Below the pieces are notes generated by a model. That model was not told the origin of the DNA, ran no database searches, and saw nothing but the letters and a program-made list of their open reading frames with translations. A stretch of 64,000 nucleotides of DNA from an uncultured Planctomycetaceae bacterium (lineage in GTDB: Bacteria > Planctomycetota > Planctomycetia > Planctomycetales > Planctomycetaceae), in assembly GCA_963815195.1 (NCBI GenBank), contig CAWFGE010000023.1:448001-512000 (forward strand). Reading direction: 5' to 3'. Below, one piece after another: positions 11,562-22,959 of the stretch; position 1 is the first letter of the stretch; the number at the start of each line of letters is the position of its first letter. Made by a program: the position numbers and the translations under genes.

Positions 11562-12446
11562 ATGAAACAATCTTACGATCAATGGCAAATTCTTCCCGGC
11601 GACCGATTTTCCGTTTGCGGCCAAACCGTCCAAGCCCTTCCCGCGGCGGCCTATCTCTGCGAACTGGATTGTTACGGCAAGGCGGTGCTCAAACGGCATT
11701 CGCTGCAGGTGGACGATTTGATCGACATTCCCGACTCCCTCGCCAACCGAGTGCTCGAAGAAGTCGAGGACTTTTGGAACCGGGGCGATTTGTTTGCCCA
11801 GTTCGGCTTTCTCCACCGCCGGGGTTATATGTTCTATGGAATCCAGGGCAGCGGCAAGTCCTCGCTGATTCATCAAATCGTCGCCAGAATCATTGAAGCC
11901 GGGCACGTGGCGTTCTTCTGCGTCCATCCTTACGCCTTCCTGAATTGCGTGCAGGAGTTCCGCCGGGTCGAAGAAGATCGGCCGATGGTCTGCGTGTTTG
12001 AAGATGTGGACGCGATCATCGAAAACTTCGGCGACAGCGAAATCCTGCAATGGCTCGACGGGAATTACCAGGTCAACACGGCCGTAAACATCGCCAGCAC
12101 GAACTATCCCGAAAAGCTCGACCCCAGGCTCGTGTCCCGGCCGCGGCGGTTCGACCGGGTTCTCGAAATCGGCCTGCCCTCGGCCGACCAGCGCGAGGCC
12201 TACCTCAACCGCAAACGCCCACACATGGCTCCCGGCGAGCGGGAAATCTGGGTCCAGGAAACGGAAGGACTCTCCTTCGCGAGCTTGGCGGAACTCATCA
12301 TCAGCGTGTGCTGCTTGGGGAACGATTTCCACGAGACCCTGCAAACGCTCCGCGACCAGCACGTGGCGGGGCGCTTCGGCACGGAAAGCCCGGAAGAGGA
12401 ACGCCGTCAACTCCAAATGACGGGTTCGGATTGCGAAGAGTTTTAG
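11562..12446 (+). CDS. Single-domain AAA+ ATPase (BCS1/FtsH-clade-like)
   Basis: RRGYMFYGIQGSGKS (Walker A), VFEDVD (Walker B), STNYPEKLDPRLVSRPRRFD (SRH). Confidence 0.85.
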   Translation: MKQSYDQWQILPGDRFSVCGQTVQALPAAAYLCELDCYGKAVLKRHSLQVDDLIDIPDSLANRVLEEVEDFWNRGDLFAQFGFLHRRGYMFYGIQGSGKSSLIHQIVARIIEAGHVAFFCVHPYAFLNCVQEFRRVEEDRPMVCVFEDVDAIIENFGDSEILQWLDGNYQVNTAVNIASTNYPEKLDPRLVSRPRRFDRVLEIGLPSADQREAYLNRKRPHMAPGEREIWVQETEGLSFASLAELIISVCCLGNDFHETLQTLRDQHVAGRFGTESPEEERRQLQMTGSDCEEF

Positions 12447-12466
12447 GGGCTTCCCACCGCTCCGTC

Positions 12467-13599
12467 TTAGCTCGCCTTGGTGGTGATGCCTTTGAGCCAC
12501 ATCTTGAGCTGTTCTGGGTTCGGGGAAATCTCGAAGGCGGCGGCGCGGCTGATGAATTCGCGATCGACAAAATCCTTCAGGCTGTGATTGAAGGCTTGCA
12601 TGCCGTCTTCCCGGTCGTAAATCACGCTGTAGAGCTTTTCGTCGGCGTTCTCCGAGACGTATTTGCGGACGCTCGGATTAAACCGCATGATCTCCACGAT
12701 CGGCACCCGGCCCGGCTCGTCCACAATCGTTTTGAGCAGCTTCTGGCCGCAGATCGCCCGCATGTTCATAGACATCGTCGCCCGGATGGCGTTGTGCATC
12801 ATCGGCGGGAACAAGTCCAGAATACGGGCAATCGTGCCCGGCGCGGAACTGGCGTGGATCGTCCCGAACACGAGGTGCCCGGTCTCTGCCGCGTGAATGG
12901 CCGTCTCGAACGTGTCCCGGTCCCGCATTTCCCCCACGAGCATGATGTCCGGGTCTTCGCGGACGGCGTGCTTCATCGCCACGTGGAAGTCGATCACGTC
13001 CTGCCCGATCTCTCGCTGGTTGATCAGGCAGTTGTCGGAGGTGTAAACGAATTCGATCGGGTCTTCGATCGTCAAAATGTGCTTGTTCATGTTGTGGTTG
13101 ATCCAGTCCAGCATCGAGGCGATCGTGGTCGATTTCCCCGAACCGGTCACCCCGGCCAAGAGCACCATGCCCTGGTCGTACTTGCAGAGGCTCTCCATCA
13201 CCGGCGGCAGGTAGAGTTTCTCGAACGGCGGGATGAAGCGTTCGATTTTCCGGGCCACCATTCCGACTTTGCTCAACTGCGTCAGCAAATTCACGCGGAA
13301 CCGCCACGGTTCATCGTTATAAACCATCGTCTTGGCAAAGTCCGCCCCGCCGTCGCGGTGGAAAATGTCGAGGTTCCGCTGGTCCATCATGGGGAACGTC
13401 AGCTCGATCATTTTCGATTCGCTGATCGGCGGCATGTCCAGCGTCTTCAGTCCGCCTCGCATCCGAAAGATCGGCGGGCGATCCACCTGCAGGTGTATAT
13501 CGGAAGCGCCAATTTGACCGCTGCCTTGAAGATTTTGTCGATTTCGATTTCTTTTTTCGGATCGAATGTGGACTTGGTCCACTCATGAACCATCACCAT
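12467..13599 (-). CDS. pilT: PilT/PilU-family type IV pilus retraction ATPase; apparent frameshift near 13510
   Basis: ASDIHL, GVTGSGKSTT, TIEDPIEF, REDPDIMLVGEMRD, AETGHLVFGTIH; N-terminus MVMVHEW...IDKIFKAAVKL lies in the adjacent frame. Confidence 0.88.
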
Positions 13600-13996
13600 G
13601 AATGTTCCCTCGCCGGCATGGATCGATGCCGGTTAATGAAAGGCTGCGAAGCAATTTTAGATAACACGAAAAGCCCGCCAATAAATATCCTACCCGATTC
13701 GTTCCCGCCCGTCCAAGATTATTCCCCCTCATTTGCCCATGGGGTGAATCAGGGTGGCACCCCGATCTACCTGCTTTTGTGAGACACACTCTTCTCCATC
13801 ACAAGCGGAGGCTGCCGGTGCCTGCGGCGGGGCGGTTTGGCATGACTCCGCGGATCTGCTAAGGTTCATTCGAGGAGATTTGGAACCGGGCACGGGCGGG
13901 GAGATATACAGTGGGACAGCGATTCCCGCCGGTGCCGAAGTAAGTTTGACGATCCGCATGCAAAGGATGGTCTGTCCCACAAGCAAGGGGAATTTC

Positions 13997-14479
13997 ATGC
14001 AAATTACCAAGGACAAAGTCGCCACGATCGACTACACGCTCAAGAACGATGAAGGCGATGTGCTCGATACGTCCCAGGGTGGGCCACCGCTGTCGTATCT
14101 GCACGGAGCCCGCAACATTATCCCCGGCTTGGAAACCGCCTTGGAAGGCCAAAGCCCCGGCGATGAGGTGAACGTCTCCGTTCCCCCCGAGCAGGGTTAC
14201 GGCGAGCGGAACGAAGGCCTCCGCCAACAGGTGGACCGCAGCCAATTCCAAGGCGTGGACGACCTCGCCGTCGGCATGCAGTTCCGCGTGCCGACCAACC
14301 AGGGCGATATGGTCGTCCACGTCGCGGAGATCGAGGGCGAAACCGTGACCGTCGACGGCAATCATCAACTGGCCGGCATGACGCTGCACTTCGATGTCAC
14401 TGTCCGCGATGTCCGCGAAGCCACCGAGGAAGAAAAAACCCACGGCCACGTCCACGGCCCCGGCGGGCATGCTCATTAG
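13997..14479 (+). CDS. slyD: FKBP-type peptidyl-prolyl isomerase SlyD
   Basis: PLSYLHGARNIIPGLETALEG, VDGNHQLAGMTLHF, His-rich tail HGHVHGPGGHAH. Confidence 0.95.
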   Translation: MQITKDKVATIDYTLKNDEGDVLDTSQGGPPLSYLHGARNIIPGLETALEGQSPGDEVNVSVPPEQGYGERNEGLRQQVDRSQFQGVDDLAVGMQFRVPTNQGDMVVHVAEIEGETVTVDGNHQLAGMTLHFDVTVRDVREATEEEKTHGHVHGPGGHAH

Positions 14480-14699
14480 TTGAAGGGGCAAAGGCTTCGA
14501 ACAAGGGGCAAAGGCCACAGAGGAGCAAAGGGTTTTGCGGGGATGGTGCGCACTTTGCCCAACCGCTTCTGGCATTTGGATTTCCGTCATTCGGATTTCG
14601 AGATTTGCATTGGGGATTTCCCGCTTTGATCCGTTTCGGGCTTGGCTGCGTTTTCCTGTGTATTGGTCCAATGGTTGGCCCTCACACGGGAGAAATGTC

Positions 14700-15744
14700 A
14701 TGAAAAAACGGTCGATGTTGGCAGCGTTCGTGTTGATGTCGTTCGCGGTCATCGGTTGCCGGCCTTACGATGTGCCGGAGTTCAAGGAGATCGAAACCAG
14801 CCACTCGGCGTTTCTCGTGCCCTTGGAGAACGATGCGGAAGAGCAGATCGCCTTCGCGTCCGAGGCGTTCTTAAAGCAGCACAAGATCTCGACCAAGCGC
14901 ATCCAGATCCCACACCGCTGGGTCCAGAAGGGGCGGTTCTGGTTCGACGGCGAATGGGTGGGCACCAAGCGGCTCATTACCGTGGACCGCGCACCGATCA
15001 CCCGCGAATGGGTCGCCAGCCGCGACCAGGGCACCTCGGCCAAGGATGAAGCCCTGTGGGTGGAATCGCAAGATTCCGTCGGCTTTTCCACAGGCATCAC
15101 CTGCACAGCGCAGGATTCCCGACGAGGACGCGGCCATCAAGTTCCTGTTCAACTATCCCGGCGGTTCGCTGGCCAACGTGATGGACACCGAAATCCGCGC
15201 CCGCATCCAGAAAGTCATGGCCCGCAAGGCGGCGGAGTACATCATGGACGAACTGCGGGAAAAGAAAAACGAAATCATGGATGACATCGAAGCCGACGTG
15301 GTGCCGTTCTTTGAAGACCGGGGCATCGAGATCACCACCATCGGCCAGTTCGGCGGGTTCACCTATGAGAACAAGGAAATCCAGCAGGCGATCGACAACG
15401 TGTTCAAAGCCCAACAAGACGAGGAAGTCGCCAAGGCCGAGTACAAGGCCCAGGTCGAACGCAATAAGACCGTCGAGATGGAGGCCCAGGGCAAAGCGAT
15501 GGCGGTCCAGAAAGAAGCCGAGGGCAAAGCGGAGGCCATCAAATCCGTCGCCGACGCGAAGGTGTACGAAATCGAAAAAGCGCTCGAGAACCAGGAAGTC
15601 TATCTGCGGTTAAAGCAGTTGGAACTGGAAGAAAAGCGCATGGAAAAATGGGACGGCCGCTATCCGACCTATTTGATGAACGTCGGCGAAGGCGAAGCCA
15701 TGCCCAATCTCATCCTGCCCATGCCCGCCACGGCGGGGAAATGA
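14700..15744 (+). CDS. SPFH/band-7 domain lipoprotein; apparent frameshift near 15110
   Basis: Lipobox VIGC; VESQDSVGF; AE/AQ-rich coiled coil; EKWDGRYP tail typical of SPFH proteins. Confidence 0.75.
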
Positions 15745-15946
15745 GCGGAGAGCCAAGAGCGGAGGGCTAAGAGCCGGAAAGAAGAATCAAGAGTCCACGC
15801 CCAACGGAAATCGGCCTGAGGGAAATCGCGAAGTTCTGCCTATTCCCAAGCCAAGCGTTTCCCGCTAAAAAGTGAATAGGCTGCCGGGCGTCCGGGGCCG
15901 CTGGGCTCTTGATTTTTCATTGATCGAATCACCGATTTCCGAGCTG

Positions 15947-16735
15947 ATGAACTCTTCGCCTCTGCACTTTTTTCCGCTGACGCTGCCTTACACGCTGATC
16001 CTGGTCCTGCTCGTTGCGGGACTCTTGATTCTGCTGCAATTGCAGGTTCTCAAATATGCCTACGAGAAACTGGGGCTGCATCCTTATGCGGTTTTGGGGA
16101 TTCTGATGTTGTCGCTGTTGGGCGGGTTTGTGAATATCCCCGTGGCGGAGTTGCCGAAGGAGAAGACCCTTGATAAAGAAGTGGTCCGCTTTGCCGGGGT
16201 GGATTATGTCGTCCCGGTCGTGCGAAGCTGGCCGGGGACGGTCATCGCGGTCAACGTGGGCGGGGCGGTCGTGCCGGCCTTGCTCTCGATCTATCTGGTC
16301 TTCAAATATCGGCTGTTTCTGCGGGGGTTGATCGCCACGGCGATCGTCGCGCTCGTGGTGCATAAGCTGGCCTATCCGGTCAAGGGTCTGGGGATCGCCA
16401 CGCCGACTTTTGTTCCGCCCATCGTGGCCGCGGGGATGGGACTTTTGATTGGCCGGCAATTCGCCGCTCCCTTGGCGTACGTGGCCGGTTGCATGGGCAC
16501 GCTGATCGGGGCGGACCTTTTGAACCTCGACAAAATTCAAGGGCTGGGCGCATCGATGGCGTCCATCGGCGGCGCGGGGACCTACGACGGCGTGTTTCTG
16601 ACGGGCATCTTTGCCGTGCTCTTGACCTGGAGTCCCGCCCCCAAATCCGTGCCCGCCGGCGCGAACGAGTCGCCCCCATCGAACATGCCCCAAACCGAGC
16701 CGAAGCCCTCATCTCGCGCTCCGGAGAACCCGTGA
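15947..16735 (+). CDS. DUF1614-family membrane protein
   Basis: GGFVNIPV, IAVNVGGAVVP, GTLIGADLLNL, SIGGAGTYDGVFLTGI. Confidence 0.85.
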   Translation: MNSSPLHFFPLTLPYTLILVLLVAGLLILLQLQVLKYAYEKLGLHPYAVLGILMLSLLGGFVNIPVAELPKEKTLDKEVVRFAGVDYVVPVVRSWPGTVIAVNVGGAVVPALLSIYLVFKYRLFLRGLIATAIVALVVHKLAYPVKGLGIATPTFVPPIVAAGMGLLIGRQFAAPLAYVAGCMGTLIGADLLNLDKIQGLGASMASIGGAGTYDGVFLTGIFAVLLTWSPAPKSVPAGANESPPSNMPQTEPKPSSRAPENP

Positions 16736-16738
16736 CCT

Positions 16739-17512
16739 ATGCCGCCCAAATCCGAACTCGTCAAACTGCTCGCCCGGCTCGAAGCCGGCGAATTGGACAT
16801 CGGCGAAACAGCCGATGCTCTGCTCGCACAGAGCGGCGCTCCGCGCTCGGCGATCACCGACGACGCCCACATCGACCTCGATCGGCATTCGCGGTGCGGG
16901 TTTCCGGAAGTGATTTACGGCGAAGGCAAAACGCCGGCGGCGATGGTCGAGATTATCGAGCAGTTAAGCGGCCAAGGCCAGGCGGTGCTGGCGACGCGCG
17001 TCTCCGCGGAGCAGGCGGCCGCGGTGAGGAGCCGGTTTCCGCAGATGATCCACAACGAAACCGCCCGCACACTGCGGATGCCGAGCGAACCTCCGCAGCC
17101 GATCCGCGGGCGGGTGCAGGTGGTCACGGCGGGCACCAGCGACCGCCCCGTGGCCGAGGAAGCGCTCGAGACGCTCTGGTGGATGAACTGCGAAGCCGGT
17201 TTGGTGATTGACGTCGGCGTCGCGGGGCCGCATCGCTTGCTCTATCATCTGGAATCGCTCCGCGGTTGCGACGCGATCGTGGTCGCGGCGGGGATGGAAG
17301 GGGCGCTGCCGTCCGTCGTGGGCGGGCACGTCGATTGCCCGGTGGTCGCGGTTCCGACGAGCGTGGGCTACGGGGCGAACCTGGGCGGATGGTCGGCCTT
17401 GTTGGGGATGCTCAATAGCTGTGCCGCCAATGTGACGGTGGTGAATATCGACGCGGGATTCAAAGCCGGCTACATCGCCGGCCTGATCGCCAAACGTTGC
17501 TCCAAATCTTGA
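16739..17512 (+). CDS. larB: Nickel-pincer cofactor biosynthesis protein LarB
   Basis: GFPEVIYGEGKT, TAGTSDRPVAEEA, DVGVAGPHRL, AGMEGALPSVVGG, PTSVGYG, VVNIDAGF. Confidence 0.92.
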   Translation: MPPKSELVKLLARLEAGELDIGETADALLAQSGAPRSAITDDAHIDLDRHSRCGFPEVIYGEGKTPAAMVEIIEQLSGQGQAVLATRVSAEQAAAVRSRFPQMIHNETARTLRMPSEPPQPIRGRVQVVTAGTSDRPVAEEALETLWWMNCEAGLVIDVGVAGPHRLLYHLESLRGCDAIVVAAGMEGALPSVVGGHVDCPVVAVPTSVGYGANLGGWSALLGMLNSCAANVTVVNIDAGFKAGYIAGLIAKRCSKS

Positions 17513-17529
17513 CGAAGCGGACTTCGCGA

Positions 17530-18045
17530 ATGACGCAAGACGACGCAAACGAATCACCCCCACCGCGCCGGCGTTCCTCGCGGCTTCGTCGGGGGTTATT
17601 TCTGGCCGGGGGATTGGGAATTCTCTTGGGAGTGATGGTCGTGGGGAATTGGTTCGCGGGAAAACCCGAAGGTCTGGGCGTGCAAAACGGCCGCCTGGCG
17701 AATTGCCCCGATTCGCCGAATTGCGTTTGCTCCCAGGACGAGCGTGAATCCCATTACGTGGAACCGTTCACGTTCGAAGGCGCTCCGCAGGCGGCGTTTG
17801 CGCGGTTGGCTCGAATCATAAAATCCCAGCCGCGCACGAAGATCGTCGAAGAGACCGACACGTATCTCCGCGTGGAAGTCACGACGCGCGTGCTCCGGTT
17901 TGTGGACGATGTGGAGTTTCTTTTGAAACCGGAAGAGCAGCGGATCCACGTCCGCTCCGCGTCGCGGGTCGGCCATTCCGACATGGGCGCCAACCGCGAC
18001 CGCGTGGAACATCTCCGCGAAGCCTTCAACAAGGCGGCGGAATAA
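17530..18045 (+). CDS. DUF1499-family protein
   Basis: LANCPDSPNCVCSQ, FVDDVEF, IHVRSASRVGHSDMGANRDRVE. Confidence 0.9.
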   Translation: MTQDDANESPPPRRRSSRLRRGLFLAGGLGILLGVMVVGNWFAGKPEGLGVQNGRLANCPDSPNCVCSQDERESHYVEPFTFEGAPQAAFARLARIIKSQPRTKIVEETDTYLRVEVTTRVLRFVDDVEFLLKPEEQRIHVRSASRVGHSDMGANRDRVEHLREAFNKAAE

Positions 18046-18046
18046 C

Positions 18047-21000
18047 CTACTCGGGAGCCATCGCCGCTTCGAGGTCTTCCCGCGTGTGCGACAGATCGCC
18101 TGGGACGGAATCACCCGCCAATTCGATGGCCCGGATGGCGGATTGGAACACCGGGTGGAGGTAGTGCTGGCGGATTTGCGGATTCCCACGCCGGGCGGCT
18201 TCCGTAAACAACAGCAGCCGCTTCGCGAGGATATCCAGTTCCGCCTCATCCGTGAGCGTCCCGGAATCGAAGACCTGTTTGATGACCAGGAGCAAGACTT
18301 CAATGTTCGTGCGGTTGACCTGCTCGGGCTTGATTTTGGCGATGACGCGATTGAGTTCCTCCCAAGCCTGGGCATCGTAGGTGTTGTCGGCTTTTCGGGA
18401 TAAGAGGGCCTGGACGGCTTTCTTCTCGATCTCGAACACCTTTTGCTGCTTCTGGAAGGTTTCCCGGGCGCTCGCCATTTTTTTCTCGAAGTCGGCTTCC
18501 AACGCGTTCGCCTGCGCGAGCCAGTGTTTGGGCGAGTTGGGGTCTTTTTCGGGGAGCGCATCGTCTTTGGGGCCGGCGAGCGCGAGCGCCAAGCTTTTCT
18601 TGTAATACAGCCGGGCCAGGTAGAACCACAAGGTTGCGCTGTTTTTAAAGCCTTGAAGCTCGGCTTGGGCGGCGGCTTCTCCCAGCGCCTCTGCGCTCGC
18701 TCGTAATTGGGCGGATCGCCGAAGAGGTACACGTCCGCCTGGCGTTCGTAGATGTTGGGCAGCCGGCTGCGGGCCTCGGCTTCTCTGCCGGAGAACCGCT
18801 CGCCGTCGTTGTCGTGCTCGATCGATTGGATCAAATCCTTATAGATCGCCAGCGCCACGGGCGGTTTATCGGCGGGATCGGTGCCGCCCCGCCCCTGGAA
18901 GTGGAGTGCCATCGCGGTGCCTTGCTTGTTGAACAGTATCGGCCGCCAGGCGAAGTCGTTCCCCTGTTTCCGGTTGGCCGCGCGGATCTTGGTCGCCTTC
19001 TCGAAGGAGTCGATCGCTTCCTGCATCTGCCAGCCGTCCACGCGGAGCCAGGCCTGCCGTTCCAGCATCTCCGCTTGGAGCGGGTGGCCCGTCGCGAGGT
19101 TCATCCGCTTCGCCCAAGCTTCGGCCGCATCGTCGCCGACGTGAAGCTGCTCGAAGGCCCGGTCCAGGTTTTCCAATTTCCGGTATTGGTCGGCCATCTG
19201 GCAATGCAAGCTGATTTGGAACAGCCCCGCTTCGGGAACCGCCGTTGCGGCCTCCTGGGCCCGGAGAATGCTTTTGGAATACTCCCGGCGATCGCCCAAA
19301 AACCGGCTGAAGTCCGACCGGGCCAAGGCCCCGAGCACCTTCTCCACCGGATCGGACTCGTCGTAGCTGTCGATGGCGGCTTCGTAGAGCTGCTCGGTGC
19401 GGACCGCGTGCTCGCTGTTGTTCGCGCAGAGATGATGCAGAATGCCCGCAAACAAATGCAGTTCGGTCGGTGACCAGTCGGCCTTCAATGCCTCGTCGTC
19501 CGCCTGGGACGAATCGCCGCCGAACGGCGGAAGGATTTTCAGCAAGTCCTCATCGTAGGAGGAGTGGGTTCGGTCGACAATCAGCACCAGCCCGGCATAA
19601 GAGCGTTCGCGCTCGGGGAGCCGGGATTCCAATTCCTGCGCGACGGTTTCCAGATCGTTCTGCACGGATTGAGTGTCGGCCGAGTTCAGGCGGGATTTGA
19701 AGTCTTCGAGCGAAATCCCGCCGATCTCGGTTTCGCCGCTGCGGATCGCCTGCATGAGCGCTTTGCGAAACCCTGGTCCGAACCACGGCGTTTCCTCGAA
19801 CCACCAATCGCCGTTGAGTCCCGGAAGCGCCCCCACCTGCGCGGCGAAGACCGGGTCTTGAGCGGGGCGGAACATCAGCCACATGGCCGACAAAAACACG
19901 ACCGCCAACACTCCGAGCGAAGCCTGCCATTTGCGGGACTTGAACCACGCCGGCCGCGGCGGTTGAATTTGGGAGTCGGAATCGATGTCGGTCGAGGATT
20001 CGTGCGGCCGGCGGGTTTTTTCGCCGCTGCCGTTTTCCGCCGGGGCGAACTCCTCGCGGAGTGGATCCGCATGCCCGCTGCCCAACAGGTCGTTGCTCGA
20101 AACATTCACGGTGGGCACCGGGGCGTGGCTGAAGGCCGTGCTCGTGACCGTGACTTTGGGAGCCGGGGTGTCGGCGTACCGCGGGACGTCCGTATGATCC
20201 GAAAGCGGCCCGAGGGCGTCGACGACTTCGTGCGGCGACGCGAACCGCTCCTTGAGCGCCTTCGCCATCATGCGGTCGATGATCGGCTGGAGTTTTTCGC
20301 CGTGCTCGTGCTCCACGCGCGGCACCGGCCCCAAGCGGTGGGCTTCCTGCTTCTTCAGCCAGTGCGTGTAGCTTTCGCCCCCATAGGGCGGCGTGCCGGT
20401 GACCAGGTAATACAGCGTGCAGCCCAGGCTGTAGATGTCAGACTGGATCGTGGCCCCCATCGGGTCTTCCCATTGCTCGGGGGCCATGAAGTCGATCGTG
20501 CCCATCACGCTGCCGCGCTTTGTCAGCCGCGACGCATTGGCCTCGGCTTGGAGCCGGGCGAGTCCGAAATCGAGAATCTTCACCGAGCCGGTTTGGTCGA
20601 TCATCAAGTTCGAAGGCTTGATGTCGCGGTGCACCAGGAAATGCTCGTGGGCGTGCTGCAAGCCTTCCGCGGCCTGCCGGATCAACTCGCACGCGACGCC
20701 CAGACGGCAGCCGTTCGTGGTGTTTGACCAGATGATCGAGATTGACGCCGTCGACGTATTCCATCACGAGATACAAGACGCCGTGCTCGCGGTTGGCTTC
20801 GTGAGCCCGCACGATGTTGGGATGGTTCAGCCGGCCCGCGAGTTCGATCTCCATCGAAAAGCGGTTGATGTCGTCCTCGTCGAAATCGCTCGGCAGGACC
20901 TTGATGGCCCGGTACTGTTTGAAAAGCTCGTGCCAGGCTTTATAAACCACGCCCATCCCGCCCCGGCCGCAGGCTTCGATGATCTCGTAAGGACCGATCC

Positions 21001-21424
21001 GCATCCGTCCCGCGGGCGTTTGGTTTTGCAAGTGCGCCGGCGAGGAACCGGACGAAGACTTCGCGGTGGGCGAAGGCGTGTGCTGCGTTTCGCCGGGCCG
21101 CGGCTCGTCCGGCTTCCGCCGGCGGACGCTCACCACCAACTCGGCGACGGCGGATGCGTGCTCCGGAAAGCGGAGCGTGTATTCCTCCGCCGTGAACGAG
21201 TCCCCCGCCTTCGCCCGGTAATCCAGTTCCAGCCCCAAGAGTTCTTCGAGCAGCCGGTCGCGATGATCCGCGGACACTTGGGACAGGGAGGTTTCGATTT
21301 TGGGCGATTCGCCGGCTTTGAGGAGGCTTTCAAAGGCCTCGCAAATGCGGTCGATGCGCACGCCGAGCGAGACCTCCGACGATGAAGGTATGGCGGGATG
21401 TCTGTCTTGCCCGTTGTCGTTCAC
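18047..21424 (-). CDS. Membrane Ser/Thr protein kinase with C-terminal helical/TPR-like region; apparent frameshifts near 20705 and 18695
   Basis: IDRICEAFE planctomycete-type N-terminus, GRGGMGVVY, AIKVL, HRDIKPSN, DFGLA, GTIDFMAPE, DIYSLG; TM segment; GTG start overlaps the ECF stop (GTGA). Confidence 0.88.
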
Positions 21425-22104
21425 TCCGCTTCCTCCGAGGCGGCTTTGTCGTCTTGATCGAATCCAGGGTTCCCCCATTCCACGAAACCCAATTCTTTTG
21501 CCCATTTGTCGCGAATCAATCGTAGTTTGCGTTCCACCGTGCGGGGCACGCATTCGAGGAAATCGGCGATCTCGTCGTTGGTGTAGCCCTCCAGCTTGTA
21601 CCGCGCGACCGCCACCAGCGACTCATCGTCCAAAACTTTGAACAATTGCTCCAAACCCTCGGCGGCGAGCGCGGCGAGTTCCGGCGTGGGCTCGTGGCCC
21701 AGCACCTGCCCGATGCCGCCCAGGTCGGCCTCGTCTTTCCCGGGTTTCAGAAAAATCGATTCCCCGCGGACCTGACCCTCGCCGCGTTTTTTCGCTTTTT
21801 GCCGCTTAAGCTCCGCATAGGCTTTACGGACGGTAATCGTCACCAGCAGCTTCCACAACTCCTGGCGGTCGCCCAGGCAGAACTGCCCGTCGGCGGCCCG
21901 TTTGTAAAAACTGTTCATGGCGGACAGGGCGACATCTTCCTCGTCCGCGGCCCGGCGGTTGATGCCGATTTGATCGAACTTCCGGCGGGCCAGACGCACC
22001 AAGCGGTCGAAATATTGCTCCCAAAGCAGATGAGCGGCGCGCTCGTCGCCTCCGCTGAGCTTTTCGATCCAAACCGTGACCTCGTCCGAACCCGGTCCAT
22101 CCAT
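21421..22104 (-). CDS. Planctomycete-type ECF sigma factor, coupled to the kinase
   Basis: VTVWIEKLSGGDERAAHLLWEQYFDRLVRLAR, DEEDVALSA, EGYTNDEIA...RTVERKLRLIR. Confidence 0.9.
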   Translation of the reverse strand: MDGPGSDEVTVWIEKLSGGDERAAHLLWEQYFDRLVRLARRKFDQIGINRRAADEEDVALSAMNSFYKRAADGQFCLGDRQELWKLLVTITVRKAYAELKRQKAKKRGEGQVRGESIFLKPGKDEADLGGIGQVLGHEPTPELAALAAEGLEQLFKVLDDESLVAVARYKLEGYTNDEIADFLECVPRTVERKLRLIRDKWAKELGFVEWGNPGFDQDDKAASEEAE

Positions 22105-22428
22105 TTCCGCTGCTGCCCCCAGAATTTCCCGAACCGCAAATCGGTTCCTTGCCCGATGTTTCCATTCTAGGGACAACCGAAACCCCGTTCAAATGGTTTT
22201 TTTCATCGGAACGCCTCTATATCAGACCATCGTCAAATCGTTTCACCCGCCCGGCACATCTTCCTCGCCCTCAGCGAGATCGCTTTTTCCCGCACAACCC
22301 GGACAGCCTGCCTAACCCGCCGCTTCGCCGCCGTGAGCGGCCGGGCGCTCGCCGCCGGTCTTAATTTTGAGTCATTCCTCTTCATCACGACCCGAGTTTA
22401 GAGCCGCGCCACAGCAAAAACGTCTCTC

Positions 22429-22713
22429 TCAACGTCTTGGGGGCTTCAACTGCGGGAATTGGTCGTGAAAGCGGAATCGTTCCCACCAACTCGGACGGCG
22501 GACGCATGGGTTGCTGTTGTGCGTGACGTGCATTTCGCCGGCGTGCGTCAGGAGGACCAGCGTGCCCCGGTTTCCGGATTCCATGACGGTCATGTAGTGG
22601 CAGATGATGGAAGAATCGTCATCGTCTCCCACAGGAGCCCCGCCTTGGGCAGCATTGGCGTTTGGCCTCGTTTCTTCATAAATGACCGGATCGCCCGTGG
22701 AAAACCTGCGCAT
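22429..22713 (-). CDS. Small hypothetical protein
   Basis: ATG start; FxxGDPVIY N-terminus and RRPSWWER...FP C-terminus resemble a small planctomycete family (from memory, not searched). Confidence 0.55.
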   Translation of the reverse strand: MRRFSTGDPVIYEETRPNANAAQGGAPVGDDDDSSIICHYMTVMESGNRGTLVLLTHAGEMHVTHNSNPCVRRPSWWERFRFHDQFPQLKPPRR

Positions 22714-22851
22714 GCTCGTGGTCTCTGTGAGTTAAAGAGAATTCTTTACGGCAAGTGCAATTGAGGATGGGAAGGGGTTTGTGTTTTGCGTCCTGCGCTT
22801 GCTGTCCAATAAGAAGATGGCGGTTTGCCGGTTTGCGCGGACAAAGAAATC

Positions 22852-22937
22852 AGGCGAGCGGGAGGTGTCAGCCTCCTGGTGACTCCGGCGAACCCAAAGC
22901 TCAAGGAAACGAGGAGGCTGACGCCTCCCGCTCGCCT
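22852..22937. repeat. REP pair (GGCGAGCGGGxGGxGTCAGCC family), inverted with a short spacer
   Basis: AGGCGAGCGGGAGGTGTCAGCCTCCTGGT at 22852-22880 and near-perfect reverse complement at 22909-22937. Confidence 0.85.
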
Positions 22938-22959
22938 TGATCCTCGCTTCGCGCCGAAA

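Noticed and set aside
16739..17512. Complete lactate racemase (lar) operon
   Set aside because: Only larB is present; no larA, larC or larE nearby
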